DNA of 64,000 nt, from NCBI GenBank assembly GCA_030390025.1, contig JASTWF010000036.1, positions 1,612,001 to 1,676,000 of the forward strand, given 5' to 3'. Positions 1 to 15,000 of this stretch are shown here, piece after piece (position 1 is the stretch's first letter; every line of letters begins with the position of its first letter). Under the pieces are notes generated by a model that saw only the letters and a list, made by a program, of their open reading frames with translations, ran no database searches and had not been told where the DNA came from. Source of the DNA: Squalus acanthias. Its lineage: Eukaryota. The translations under genes and the position numbers were made by a program.

Positions 1-3000
1 TGCCAGTGTATGGAACCCGTGTGCCAGTGTATGGAACCCGTGTGCCAGTGTATGGAACCCGTGTGCCAGTGTATGGAACCCGTGTGCCAGTCTATGGAAC
101 CTGTGTGCCAGTGTATGGAACCTGTGTGCCAGTGTATGGAACCCGTGTGCCAGTGTATGGAACCCGTGTGCCAGTGTATGGAACCCGTGTGCCAGTGTAT
201 GGAACCCGTGTGCCAGTGTATGGAACCCGTGTGCCAGTGTATGGAACCCGTGTGCCAGTGTATGGAACCCGTGTGCCAGTGTATGGAACCCGTGTGCCAG
301 TGTATGGAACCCGTGTGCCAGTCTATGGAACCCGTGTGCCAGTGTATGGAACCCGTGTGCCAGTGTAGGGAACCTGTGTGCCAGTGTATGGAACCCGTGT
401 GCCAGTGTAGGGAACCTGTGTGCCAGTGTATGGAACCCGTGTGCCAGTGTATGGAACCCGTGTGCCAGTGTATGGAACCCGTGTGCCAGTGTATGGAACC
501 CGTGTGCCAGTGTATGGAACCCGTGTGCCAGTGTATGGAACCCGTGTGCCAGTGTATGGAACCCGTGTGCCAGTGTATGGAACCCGTGTGCCAGTGTATG
601 GAACCCGTGTGCCAGTGTATGGAACCCGTGTGCCAGTCTATGGAACCCGTGTGCCAGTGTATGGAACCCGTGTGCCAGTCTATGGAACCTGTGTGCCAGT
701 GTATGGAACCCGTGTGCCAGTGTATGGAACCCGTGTGCCAGTGTATGGAACCCGTGTGCCAGTGTATGGAACCCGTGTGCCAGTGTATGGAACCCGTGTG
801 CCAGTGTATGGAACCCGTGTGCCAGTGTATGGAACCCGTGTGCCAGTCTATGGAACCCGTGTGCCAGTGTATGGAACCCGTGTGCCAGTGTATGGAACCC
901 GTGTGCCAGTGTATGGAACCCGTGTGCCAGTGTATGGAACCCGTGTGCCAGTGTATGGAACCCGTGTGCCAGTGTATGGAACCCGTGTGCCAGTGTATGG
1001 AACCCGTGTGCCAGTGTATGGAACCCGTGTGCCAGTGTATGGAACCTGTGTGCCAGTGTATGGAACCCGTGTGCCAGTGTATGGAACCCGTGTGCCAGTG
1101 TATGGAACCCGTGTGCCAGTGTATGGAACCCGTGTGCCAGTGTATGGAACCCGTGTGCCAGTGTATGGAACCCGTGTGCCAGTGTATGGAACCCGTGTGC
1201 CAGTGTATGGAACCTGTGTGCCAGTGTATGGAACCCGTGTGCCAGTGTATGGAACCCGTGTGCCAGTGTATGGAACCCGTGTACAAGTGCATGGAACCCG
1301 TGTGCCAGTCTATGGAACCCGTGTGCCAGTGTATGGAACCCGTGTGCCAGTGTATGGAACCCGTGTGCCAGTGTATGGAACCCGTGTGCCAGTCTATGGA
1401 ACCCGTGTACCAGTGTATGGAACACGTGTGCCAGTGTAGGGAACCTGTGTGCCAGTGTATGGAACCCGTGTGCCAGTGTATGGAACCCGCGTGCCAGTGT
1501 ATGGAACCCGTGTGCCAGTGTAGGGAACCCGTGTGCCAGTGTATGGAACCCGTGTGCCAGTGTATGGAACCCGTGTGCCAGTGTATGGAACCCGTGTGCA
1601 GTGTATGGAACCTGTGTGCCAGTGTATGGAACCTGTGTGCCAGTGTATGGAACCCGTGTGCCAGTGTATGGAACTCGTGTGCCAGTGTATGGAACCCGTG
1701 TGCCAGTGTAGGGAACCCGTGTGCCAGTGCAGGGAACCCGTGTGCCAGTGTATGGAACCTGTGTGCCAGTGTATGGAACCCGTGTGCCAGTGTATGGAAC
1801 CCGTGTGCCAGTGTATGGAACCCGTGTGCCAGTGTATGGAACCCGTGTGCCAGTGTATGGAACCCGTGTGCCAGTGTATGGAACCCGTGTGCCAGTGTAT
1901 GGAACCCGTGTGCCAGTGTATGGAACCCGTGTGCCAGTGTATGGAACCCGTGTGCCAGTGTATGGAACCCGTGTGCCAGTGTATGGAACCCGTGTGCCAG
2001 TGTATGGAACCCGTGTGCCAGTGTATGGAACCCTGTGTGCCAGTGTATGGAACCCGTGTGCCAGTGTATGGAACCCGTGTGCCAGTGTATGGAACCCTGT
2101 GTGCCAGTGTATGGAACCCGTGTGCCAGTGTATGGAACCCGTGTGCCAGTGTATGGAACCCTGTGTGCCAGTGTATGGAACCCGTGTGCCAGTGTATGGA
2201 ACCCGTGTGCCAGTGTATGGAACCCGTGTGCCAGTGTATGGAACCCGTGTGCCAGTGTATGGAACCCGTGTGCCAGTGTATGGATGTGCCAGTGTATGGA
2301 ACCCGTGTGCCAGTGCTATGGAACCCGTGTGCCAGTGTATGGAACCCGTGTGCCAGTGTATGGAACCCGTGTGCCAGTGTATGGAACCCGTGTGCCAGTG
2401 TATGGAACCCGTGTGCCAGTGTATGGAACCCGTGTGCCAGTGTATGGAACCCGTGTGCCAGTGTATGGAACCCGTGTGCCAGTGTATGGAACCCGTGTGC
2501 CAGTGTATGGAACCCGTGTGCCAGTGTATGGAACCCGTGTGCCAGTGTATGGAACCCGTGTGCCAGTGTATGGAACCGTGTGCCAGTGTATGGAACCCGT
2601 GTGCCAGTGTATGGAACCCGTGTGCCAGTGTATGGAACCCGTGTGCCAGTGTATGGAACCCGTGTGCCAGTGTATGGAACCCGTGTGCCAGTGTATGGAA
2701 CCGTGTGCCAGTGTATGGAACCCGTGTGCCAGTGTATGGAACCCGTGTGCCAGTGTATGGAACCCGTGTGCCAGTGTATGGAACCCATGTGCCAGTGTAT
2801 GGAACCCGTGTGCCAGTGTATGGAACCCGTGTGCCAGTGTATGGAACCCGTGTGCCAGTGTATGGAACCTGTGTGCCAGTTTATGGTACCTGTGTGCCAG
2901 TGTATGGTACCTGTGTGCCAGTGTATGGAACCTGTGCGCCAGTGTATGGAACCTGTGTGCCAGTGTATGGAACCCCTGTGCCAGTGTAGGGAACCCATGT

Positions 3001-6000
3001 GCCAGTGTATGGAACCTGTGTGCCAGTGTATGGAACCTGTGTGCCAGTGTATGGAACCCATGTGCCAGTGTATGGAACCCGTGTGTCAGTGTATGGAACC
3101 CGTGTGCCAGTGTGTGGAACCCGTGTGCCAGTATGTGGAACCCGTGTGCCAGTGTGTGGATCCCGTGTGCCAGTGTGTGGAACCCGTGTGTCAGTGTATG
3201 GAACCCGTGTGTCAGTGTATGGAACACGTGTGTCAGTGCATGGAACCCGTGTGCCAGTGCGTGGAACCCGTGTGCCACTGTATGGAACCCGTGTGCAAGT
3301 GTGTGGAACCCGTGTGCCAGTCTATGGAACCCGTGTGCCAGTCTATGGAACCCATGTACCAGTGTATGGAACCCGTGTGCCAGTGTATGGAACCTGTGTG
3401 CCAGTGTATGGTACCCGTGTGCCAGTGTTTGGTACATGTGTGCTAGTGTATGCAACCCGCGTCCCAGTGTATGGTACCCATGTGCCAGTGTACGGTACCC
3501 GTGTGCCAGTGTATGGTACCCGTGTGCCAGTGTATGGTATCCATGTGCCAGTGTATGGAACCTGTGTGCCAGTGTATGAAATCCATGTGCCAGTGTATGA
3601 AATCCATGTGCCTTTGTATGGTAGCCTTGTGCCAGTGTATGGAACCCGTGTGCCAGTGTATGGAACCTGTGTGCCAGTGTATGGAATCCATCTGCCAGTG
3701 TATGGAATCTGTGTGCCAGTGAATGGTACCCCTGTGCCAGTGTACAGTACCCATGTGCCAGTGTATGGTACCCCATGCCAGTGTATGAAACACGTGTGTC
3801 ATGTGTGGAACCCGTGTGCCAGTGTATGGAAGCTGTGTGCCAGTGTATGGAAGCTGTGTGCCAGTGTATGGAATCCGTGTGCCAGTGTATGGAATCCGTG
3901 TGCCAGTATATAGATCCTGTGGGCCTGTGTACGGTACCTGTGTGCCAATGTATGGATCCCGTGTGCCTGTGTATGGTACCTGTGTGTGGAACCCGTGTGC
4001 CAGTGTGTGGAACCCGTGTGCCAGTGTAGGGAACCTGTGTACCAATGTATGGAACGCATGTGCCAGTGTATGGTACCCGTGTGCCAGTATATGGTGCCCG
4101 CGTGACAGTCTATGGTACCCATGTGCCAGTGTATGGAACCCGTGTGCCGTTGAATGGAACCCGTGAGCCAGTGTATGGAATCCATGTGCCAGTGTATGGA
4201 ACCCGCGTGCCAGTGTAGGGAACCCCTGTGCCAGTGCATGGAATCCGTGTGTCAGTGTATGGAACCTGCATGTAAGTGTATGGTGCCCGTGTGCCAGTGT
4301 ATGATGCCAGTGTATGGAACCCCTGTGCCAGTGTATGGTACCCGTGTGCCAGTGTATGGTACCCGTGTGCCAGTGTATGGAACCCGTGTGTCAGTGTATG
4401 GAACCCGTATGTCAGTGTATGGTACCCGTGTGCCAGTGTATGGAACCCGTGTGCCAGTGTATGGAACCCGTGTGCCACTGTATGGAACCCGTGTGCCAGT
4501 GTGTGGTACCCCATGCCAGTGTATGAAACACGTGTGTCAGTGTGTGGAACCCGTGTGCCAGTGTGTGGGACCCGTGTGCCAGTGTGTGGAACCCGTGTGC
4601 CAATGTATGGAACCTGTGTGTCAGTGTAGGGAACCCGTGTGCCAGTGTATGGAACGCATGTGCCAGTGTATGGTACCCGTGTGCCAGTGTATGGAACCCG
4701 TGTGTCAGTGTATGGAACCCGTGTGCCAGTGTATGGAACCCGTGTGCCAGTGTATGGAAACCGTGTGCCAGTATATGGTGCCCGCATGCCAGTGTATGGT
4801 ACCCATGTGCCAGTGTATGGAACACGTGTGCCAGTGTATGGTACCCGTGTGCCAGTGTATGGAACCCGTGTGTCAGTGTATGGAACCCGTGTGCCAGTGT
4901 ATGATGCCAGTGTTTGGAACCCCTGTGCCAGTGTATGGAACCCGCGTGCCAGTGTAGGGAACCCCTGTGCCAGTGCATGGAATCCGTGTGTCAGTGTATG
5001 GAACCCGTATGTCAGTGTATGGTACCCGTGTGCCACTGTATGGAACCCATGTGCCAGTGTGTGGCACATGTGTGCCAGTGTATGGAACCCGTGTGCCAGT
5101 GTATGGAACCCGTGTGCCACTGTATGGAACCCATGTGCCAGTGTATGGAACCCACTTGCCAGTGTATGGAACCCGTGTGCCACTGTATGGAACCCATGTG
5201 CCAGTGTGTGGCACATGTGTGCCAGTGTATGGAACCCGTGTGCCAGTGTATGGAACCCATGTGCCAGTGTATGGTACCCCATGCCAGTGTATGAAACACG
5301 TGTGTCAGTGTGTGGAATCCGTGTGTCAGTGTATGGAACCTGTGTGCCAGTGTGTGGAACCCGTGTGCCAGTGTGTGGGACCCGTGTGCCAGTGTGTGGA
5401 ACCCGTGTGCCAGTGTATGGAACCTGTGTGTCAGTGTAGGGAACACGTGTGCCAGTGTATGGAACGCATGTGCCAGTGTATGGTACACGTGTGTCAGCTT
5501 ACGGTACCCGTGTGCCAGCGTATGGAACCCGTGTGCCGGTGTAGGGAACCCATGTGCCAGTGTATGGAACCCGTGTGCCAGTGTATGGAACCTGTGTGCC
5601 AGTGTATGGAACCTGTGTGTCAGCGTATGGAACCCTGTGCCAGTGTATGGAACCCGTGTGCCATTGTATGGAACCCGTGTGCCAGTGTACGGTACCCATG
5701 TGCCAGTGTATGGTACCCGTGTGTGAGTGTATGGTATCCATGTGCCAGTGTATGCAACCTGTGTGCCAGTGTATGGAACCTGTGTGCCAGTGTATGGTAC
5801 ATGTGTGCTAGTGTATGCAACCCGTGTCCCAGTGTATGGTACCCATGTGCCAGTGTACGGTACCCGTGTGCCAGTGTATGGTACCCGTGTGCCAGTGTAT
5901 GGTATCCATGTGCCAGTGTATGGAACCTGTGTGCCAGTGTATGAAATCCATGTGCCAGTGTATGAAATCCATGTGCCAGTGTATGGTAGCCTTGTGCCAG

Positions 6001-9000
6001 TGTATGGAACCCGTGTGCCAGTGTATGGAACCTGTGTGCCAGTGTATGGAATCCATCTGCCAGTGTATGGAATCTGTGTGCCAGTGAATGGTACCCCTGT
6101 GCCAGTGTACAGTACCCATGTGCCAGTGTATGGTACCCCATGCCAGTGTATGAAACACGTGTGTCAGTGTGTGGAACCCGTGTGCCAGTGTATGGAAGCT
6201 GTGTGCCAGTGTATGGAAGCTGTGTGCCAGTGTATGGAATCCGTGTGCCAGTGTATGGAATCCGTGTGCCAGTATATAGATCCTGTGGGCCTGTGTACGG
6301 TACCTGTGTGCCAATGTATGGATCCCGTGTGCCTGTGTATGGTACCTGTGTGTGGAACCCGTGTGCCAGTGTGTGGAACCCGTGTGCCAGTGTAGGGAAC
6401 CTGTGTACCAATGTATGGAACGCATGTGCCAGTGTATGGTACCCGTGTGCCAGTATATGGTGCCCGCGTGACAGTCTATGGTACCCATGTGCCAGTGTAT
6501 GGAACCCGTGTGCCAGTGAATGGAACCCGTGAGCCAGTGTATGGAATCCATGTGCCAGTGTATGGTACCCGTGTGCCAGTATATGGTGCCCGCGTGCCAG
6601 TGTATGGTACCCATGTGTCAGTGTATGGAACCCGTGTGCCAGTGTATGGTAACCGTGTACCAGTGTATGGAACCCGTGTGCCAGTGTATGGAACCCATGT
6701 GTCAGTCTATGGAACCCGTGTGTCAGTCTATGGAACCCGTGTGCCAGTGTATGGAACCCGTGTGTCAGTCTATGGAAGCTGTGTGCCAGTGTATGGAACC
6801 TGTGTGCCAGTGTATGGAACCTGTGTGCCAGTGTATGGTACATGTGTGCTAGTGTATGCAACCCGTGTCCCAGTGTATGGAACCCGCGTGCCAGTGTAGG
6901 GAACCCCTGTGCCAGTGCATGGAATCCGTGTGTCAGTGTATGGAACCCGTATGTCAGTGTATGGTACCCGTGTGCCACTGTATGGAACCCATGTGCCAGT
7001 GTGTGGCACATGTGTGCCAGTGTATGGAACCCGTGTGCCAGTGTATGGAACCCGTGTGCCACTGTATGGAACCCATGTGCCAGTGTATGGAACCCACTTG
7101 CCAGTGTATGGAACCCGTGTGCCACTGTATGGAACCCATGTGCCAGTGTGTGGCACATGTGTGCCAGTGTATGGAACCCGTGTGCCAGTGTATGGAACCC
7201 ATGTGCCAGTGTATGGTACCCCATGCCAGTGTATGAAACACGTGTGTCAGTGTGTGGAATCCGTGTGTCAGTGTATGGAACCTGTGTGCCAGTGTGTGGA
7301 ACCCGTGTGCCAGTGTGTGGGACCCGTGTGCCAGTGTGTGGAACCCGTGTGCCAGTGTATGGAACCTGTGTGTCAGTGTAGGGAACACGTGTGCCAGTGT
7401 ATGGAACGCATGTGCCAGTGTATGGTACACGTGTGTCAGCTTACGGTACCCGTGTGCCAGCGTATGGAACCCGTGTGCCGGTGTAGGGAACCCATGTGCC
7501 AGTGTATGGAACCCGTGTGCCAGTGTATGGAACCTGTGTGCCAGTGTATGGAACCTGTGTGTCAGCGTATGGAACCCCTGTGCCAGTGTATGGAACCCGT
7601 GTGCCAGTGTATGGAACCCGTGTGCCAGTGTACGGTACCCATGTGCCAGTGTATGGTACCCGTGTGTGAGTGTATGGTATCCATGTGCCAGTGTATGCAA
7701 CCTGTGTGCCAGTGTATGGAACCTGTGTGCCAGTGTATGGTACATGTGTGCTAGTGTATGCAACCCGTGTCCCAGTGTATGGTACCCATGTGCCAGTGTA
7801 CGGTACCCGTGTGCCAGTGTATGGTACCCGTGTGCCAGTGTATGGTATCCATGTGCCAGTGTATGGAACCTGTGTGCCAGTGTATGAAATCCATGTGCCA
7901 GTGTATGAAATCCATGTGCCAGTGTATGGTAGCCTTGTGCCAGTGTATGGAACCCGTGTGCCAGTGTATGGAACCTGTGTGCCAGTGTATGGAATCCATC
8001 TGCCAGTGTATGGAATCTGTGTGCCAGTGAATGGTACCCCTGTGCCAGTGTACAGTACCCATGTGCCAGTGTATGGTACCCCATGCCAGTGTATGAAACA
8101 CGTGTGTCAGTGTGTGGAACCCGTGTGCCAGTGTATGGAAGCTGTGTGCCAGTGTATGGAAGCTGTGTGCCAGTGTATGGAATCCGTGTGCCAGTGTATG
8201 GAATCCGTGTGCCAGTATATAGATCCTGTGGGCCTGTGTACGGTACCTGTGTGCCAATGTATGGATCCCGTGTGCCTGTGTATGGTACCTGTGTGTGGAA
8301 CCCGTGTGCCAGTGTGTGGAACCCGTGTGCCAGTGTAGGGAACCTGTGTACCAATGTATGGAACGCATGTGCCAGTGTATGGTACCCGTGTGCCAGTATA
8401 TGGTGCCCGCGTGACAGTCTATGGTACCCATGTGCCAGTGTATGGAACCCGTGTGCCAGTGAATGGAACCCGTGAGCCAGTGTATGGAATCCATGTGCCA
8501 GTGTATGGTACCCGTGTGCCAGTATATGGTGCCCGCGTGCCAGTGTATGGTACCCATGTGTCAGTGTATGGAACCCGTGTGCCAGTGTATGGTAACCGTG
8601 TACCAGTGTATGGAACCCGTGTGCCAGTGTATGGAACCCATGTGTCAGTCTATGGAACCCGTGTGTCAGTCTATGGAACCCGTGTGCCAGTGTATGGAAC
8701 CCGTGTGTCAGTCTATGGAAGCTGTGTGCCAGTGTATGGAACCTGTGTGCCAGTGTATGGAACCTGTGTGCCAGTGTATGGTACATGTGTGCTAGTGTAT
8801 GCAACCCGTGTCCCAGTGTATGGAACCCGCGTGCCAGTGTAGGGAACCCCTGTGCCAGTGCATGGAATCCGTGTGTCAGTGTATGGAACCCGTATGTCAG
8901 TGTATGGTACCCGTGTGCCACTGTATGGAACCCATGTGCCAGTGTGTGGCACATGTGTGCCAGTGTATGGAACCCGTGTGCCAGTGTATGGAACCCGTGT

Positions 9001-12000
9001 GCCACTGTATGGAACCCATGTGCCAGTGTATGGAACCCACTTGCCAGTGTATGGAACCCGTGTGCCACTGTATGGAACCCATGTGCCAGTGTGTGGCACA
9101 TGTGTGCCAGTGTATGGAACCCGTGTGCCAGTGTATGGAACCCATGTGCCAGTGTATGGTACCCCATGCCAGTGTATGAAACACGTGTGTCAGTGTGTGG
9201 AATCCGTGTGTCAGTGTATGGAACCTGTGTGCCAGTGTGTGGAACCCGTGTGCCAGTGTGTGGGACCCGTGTGCCAGTGTGTGGAACCCGTGTGCCAGTG
9301 TATGGAACCTGTGTGTCAGTGTAGGGAACACGTGTGCCAGTGTATGGAACGCATGTGCCAGTGTATGGTACACGTGTGTCAGCTTACGGTACCCGTGTGC
9401 CAGCGTATGGAACCCGTGTGCCGGTGTAGGGAACCCATGTGCCAGTGTATGGAACCCGTGTGCCAGTGTATGGAACCTGTGTGTCAGCGTATGGAACCCC
9501 TGTGCCAGTGTATGGAACCCGTGTGCCATTGTATGGAACCCGTGTGCCAGTGTACAGTACCCATGTGCCAGTGTATGGTACCCGTGTGTGAGTGTATGGT
9601 ATCCATGTGCCAGTGTATGCAACCTGTGTGCCAGTGTATGGAACCTGTGTGCCAGTGTATGGTACATGTGTGCTAGTGTATGCAACCCGTGTCCCAGTGT
9701 ATGGTACCCATGTGCCAGTGTACGGTACCCGTGTGCCAGTGTATGGTACCCGTGTGCCAGTGTATGGTATCCATGTGCCAGTGTATGGAACCTGTGTGCC
9801 AGTGTATGAAATCCATGTGCCAGTGTATGAAATCCATGTGCCAGTGTATGGTAGCCTTGTGCCAGTGTATGGAACCCGTGTGCCAGTGTATGGAACCTGT
9901 GTGCCAGTGTATGGAATCCATCTGCCAGTGTATGGAATCTGTGTGCCAGTGAATGGTACCCCTGTGCCAGTGTACAGTACCCATGTGCCAGTGTATGGTA
10001 CCCCATGCCAGTGTATGAAACACGTGTGTCAGTGTGTGGAACCCGTGTGCCAGTGTATGGAAGCTGTGTGCCAGTGTATGGAAGCTGTGTGCCAGTGTAT
10101 GGAATCCGTGTGCCAGTGTATGGAATCCGTGTGCCAGTATATAGATCCTGTGGGCCTGTGTACGGTACCTGTGTGCCAATGTATGGATCCCGTGTGCCTG
10201 TGTATGGTACCTGTGTGTGGAACCCGTGTGCCAGTGTGTGGAACCCGTGTGCCAGTGTAGGGAACCTGTGTACCAATGTATGGAACGCATGTGCCAGTGT
10301 ATGGTACCCGTGTGCCAGTATATGGTGCCCGCGTGACAGTCTATGGTACCCATGTGCCAGTGTATGGAACCCGTGTGCCAGTGAATGGAACCCGTGAGCC
10401 AGTGTATGGAATCCATGTGCCAGTGTATGGTACCCGTGTGCCAGTATATGGTGCCCGCGTGCCAGTGTATGGTACCCATGTGTCAGTGTATGGAACCCGT
10501 GTGCCAGTGTATGGTAACCGTGTACCAGTGTATGGAACCCGTGTGCCAGTGTATGGAACCCATGTGTCAGTCTATGGAACCCGTGTGTCAGTCTATGGAA
10601 CCCGTGTGCCAGTGTATGGAACCCGTGTGTCAGTCTATGGAAGCTGTGTGCCAGTGTATGGAACCTGTGTGCCAGTGTATGGAACCCATGTGCCAGTGTA
10701 TGGAACCCATGTGCCAGTGTATGGTACCCGTGTGCCAGTGTAGGGAACCTGTGTGCCAGTGTATGGAGCCCATCTGCCAGTGTATGGCACACGTGTGCCA
10801 GTCTATGGAACCCGTGTGCCAGTGTATGGAACCTGTGTGCCAGTGTACGGTACCCGTGTGCCAGTGTATGGAACCCGCGTGCCAGCCTATGGAACCCGTG
10901 TGCCAGTCTATGGAACCTGTGTGCCAGTGTATGGAACCCGTGTGTCAGTGTATGGAACCCGTGTGCCAGTGTATGATGCCAGTGTTTGGAACCCCTGTGC
11001 CAGTGTATGGAACCCGCGTGCCAGTGTAGGGAACCCCTGTGCCAGTGCATGGAATCCGTGTGTCAGTGTATGGAACCCGTATGTCAGTGTATGGTACCCG
11101 TGTGCCAGTGTATGGAACCCACTTGCCAGTGTATGGAACCCGTGTGCCACTGTATGGAACCCATGTGCCAGTGTGTGGCACATGTGTGCCAGTGTATGGA
11201 ACCCGTGTGCCAGTGTATGGAACCCATGTGCCAGTGTATGGTACCCCATGCCAGTGTATGAAACACGTGTGTCAGTGTGTGGAATCCGTGTGTCAGTGTA
11301 TGGAACCTGTGTGCCAGTGTGTGGAACCCGTGTGCCAGTGTGTGGGACCCGTGTGCCAGTGTGTGGAACCCGTGTGCCAGTGTATGGAACCTGTGTGTCA
11401 GTGTAGGGAACACGTGTGCCAGTGTATGGAACGCATGTGCCAGTGTATGGTACACGTGTGTCAGCTTACGGTACCCGTGTGCCAGCGTATGGAACCCGTG
11501 TGCCAGCGTATGGAACCCGTGTGCCGGTGTAGGGAACCCATGTGCCAGTGTATGGAACCCGTGTGCCAGTGTATGGAACCTGTGTGTCAGCGTATGGAAC
11601 CCCTGTGCCAGTGTATGGAACCCGTGTGCCATTGTATGGAACCCGTGTGCCAGTGTACGGTACCCATGTGCCAGTGTATGGTACCCGTGTGCGAGTGTAT
11701 GGTATCCATGTGCCAGTGTATGCAACCTGTGTGCCAGTGTATGGAACCTGTGTGCCAGTGTATGGTACATGTGTGCTAGTGTATGCAACCCGTGTCCCAG
11801 TGTATGGTACCCATGTGCCAGTGTACGGTACCCATGTGCCAGTGTATGGTACCCGTGTGCCAGTGTATGGTACCCGTGTGCCAGTGTATGGTATCCATGT
11901 GCCAGTGTATGGAACCTGTGTGCCAGTGTATGAAATCCATGTGCCAGTGTATGAAATCCATGTGCCAGTGTATGGTAGCCTTGTGCCAGTGTATGGAACC

Positions 12001-15000
12001 CGTGTGCCAGTGTATGGAACCTGTGTGCCAGTGTATGGAATCCATCTGCCAGTGTATGGAATCTGTGTGCCAGTGAATGGTACCCCTGTGCCAGTGTACA
12101 GTACCCATGTGCCAGTGTATGGTACCCCATGCCAGTGTATGAAACACGTGTGTCAGTGTGTGGAACCCATGTGCCAGTGTATGGAAGCTGTGTGCCAGTG
12201 TATGGAAGCTGTGTGCCAGTGTATTGAATCCGTGTGCCAGTGTATGGAATCCGTGTGCCAGTATATAGATCCTGTGGGCCTGTGTACGGTACCTGTGTGC
12301 CAGTGTATGAAACCCGTGTGCCTGTGTACGGTACCTGTGTGTGGAACCCGTGTGCCAGTGTGTGGAACCCGTGTGCCAGTGTAGGGAACCTGTGTGCCGA
12401 TGTATGGAACGCATGTGCCAGTGTATGGTACCCGTGTGCCAGTATATGGTGCCCGCGTGACAGTGTATGGTACCCATGTGCCAGTGTATGGAACCCGTGT
12501 GCCAGTGTATGGAACCCATGAGCCAGTGTATGGAATCCATGTGCCAGTGTATGGTACCCGTGTGCCAGTATATGGTGCCCGCGTGCCAGTGTATGGTACC
12601 CATGTGCCAGTGTATGAAACCCGTGTGCCAGTGTATGGTACCCGTGTACCAGTGTATGGAACCCGTGTGCCAGTATATGGTGCCCGCGTGCCAGTGTATG
12701 GTACCCATGTGCCAGTGTATGGAACACGTGTGCCAGTGTATGGAACCCATGTGTCAGTGTATGGTACCCATGTGCCAGGGTATGGAACCCGTGTGTCAGT
12801 GTATGCAACCCGTGTGCCAGTGTATGATGCCAGTGTTTGGAACCCCTGTGCCAGTGTATGGAACCCGCGTGCCAGTGTAGGGAACCCCTGTGCCAGTGCA
12901 TGGAATCCGTGTGTCAGTGTATGGAACCTGCGTGTAACTGAATGGTGCCCGTGTGCCAGTGTATGGTACCCTTGTGTCAGTGTATGGAACCCGTGTGTCA
13001 GTGTATGGAACCCGTATGTCAGTGTATGGTACCCGTGTGCCAGTGTATGGAACCCCTGTGACAGTGTATGGTACCCGTGTGCCAGTGTATGGTACCCGTG
13101 TGCCAGTGTATGGAACCCGTATGTCAGTGTATGGTACCCGTGTGCCAGTGTATGGAACCCACTTGCCAGTGTATGGAACCCGTGTGCCACTGTATGGAAC
13201 CCGTGTGCCAGTGTGTGGCACACGTGTGCCAGTGTATGGAACCCGTGTGTCAGTGTATGGAACCCATGTGCCAGTGTATGGTACCCCATGCCAGTGTATG
13301 AAACACGTGTGTCAGTGTGTGGAATCCGTGTGTCAGTGTATGGAACCTGTGTGCCAGTGTGTGGAACCCATGTGCCAGTGTGTGGGACCCGTGTGCCACT
13401 GTGTGGAACCCATGTGCCAGTGTATGGAACCCGTGTGTCAGTGTAGGGAACCCGTGTGCCAGTGTATGGAACGCATGTGCCAGTGTATGGTACACGTGTG
13501 TCAGCTTACGGTACCCGTGTGCCAGCGTATGGAACCCGTGTGCCGGTGTAGGGAACCCGTGTGCCATTGTATGGAACCCGTGTGCCAGTGTACGGAACCC
13601 GTGTGCCAGTGTATGGTACCCGTGTGCCAGTGTATGGTACCCACGTGCCAGTGTGTGGAACCCGTGTTCCAGTGTATGGTACCTGCATGCCAGTGTATGG
13701 AACCTGCGTGGCAGTGTTTGGTACCCATGTGCCAGTGTACGGTACCCATGTGCCAGTGTACGGAACCCGTGTGCCAGTGTATGGTACCCGTGTGCCAGTG
13801 TGTGGAACCCGTGTTCCAGTGTATGGAACCCATGTGCCAGTGTATAGAACCCGTGAGCCAGTGTATGGAACCCGTGTGCCAGTGTATGGTACCCGTGTGC
13901 CAGTGCATGGAATCCATGTGCCAGTGTATGGTACCCGTGTGCCAGTGTATGGAACCCGTGTGCCAGTATATGGTGCCCACGTGCCAGTGTATGGTACCCA
14001 TGTGCCAGTGTATGGAACCCGTGTGCCAGTGTATGGTACCCATGTGCCAGTGTATGGTACCCATGTGCCAGTGTATGGAACCCGTGTGTCAGTATATGGA
14101 ACCCGAGTGCCAGTGTATGATGCCAGTGTTTGGAACCCCTGTGCCAGTGTATGGAACCCGCGTGCCAGTGTATGATGCCAGTGTTTGGAACCCCTGTGCC
14201 AGTGTAGGGAACCCGTGTGCCAGTGTATGATGCCAGTGTATGGAACCCCTGTGCCAGTGTATGGAATCCGTGTTTCAGTGTATGGAACCCGCATGCAAGT
14301 GTATGATGCCAGTGTATGGGACCCCTGTGCCAGTGTATGGTACCCGTGTGCCAGTGTATGGTACCCATGTGCCAATGTATGGAACCCGTGTGTCAGTGTA
14401 TGGAGCCCGCTTGCCAGTGTATGGAACCCGTGTGCCACTGTATGGACCCCGTGTGCCAGTGTGTGGCACTCGTGTGCCAGTGTGTGGAACCCGTGTGTCA
14501 GTGTATGGAACCCCTGTGCCAGTGTATGGAACCCGTGTGCCAGTGTATGGAACCCGTGTGTCAGTGTATGGAACCCGTGTGCCAGTGTACGGTATCCATG
14601 TGCCAGTGTATGGAACCCGTGTGCCAGTGTATGGAGCCCGCTTGCCAGTGTATGGAACCCGTGTGCCACTGTATGGAACCCGTGTGCCACTGTGTGTCAC
14701 ACGTGTGCCAGTGTGTGGAACCCGTGTGCAGTGTATGGAACCCCTGTGCCAGTGTATGGAACCCGTGTGCCAGTGTATGGAACCCGTGTGCCAGTGTACG
14801 GTACCCATGTGCCAGTGTAGGGAACCCGTGTGCCAGTGTATGGTACCCGTGTGCCAGTGTATGGAACCCGTGTGCCAGTGTATGGAACACGCGTGCCGGT
14901 GTATGGAACCCGCGTGCCAGTGTATGGTACCCGCGTGCCAGTGTATGGTACCCGCGTGTCAGTGTATGGAACCCGCGTGTCAGTGTATGGAACCCGTGTG

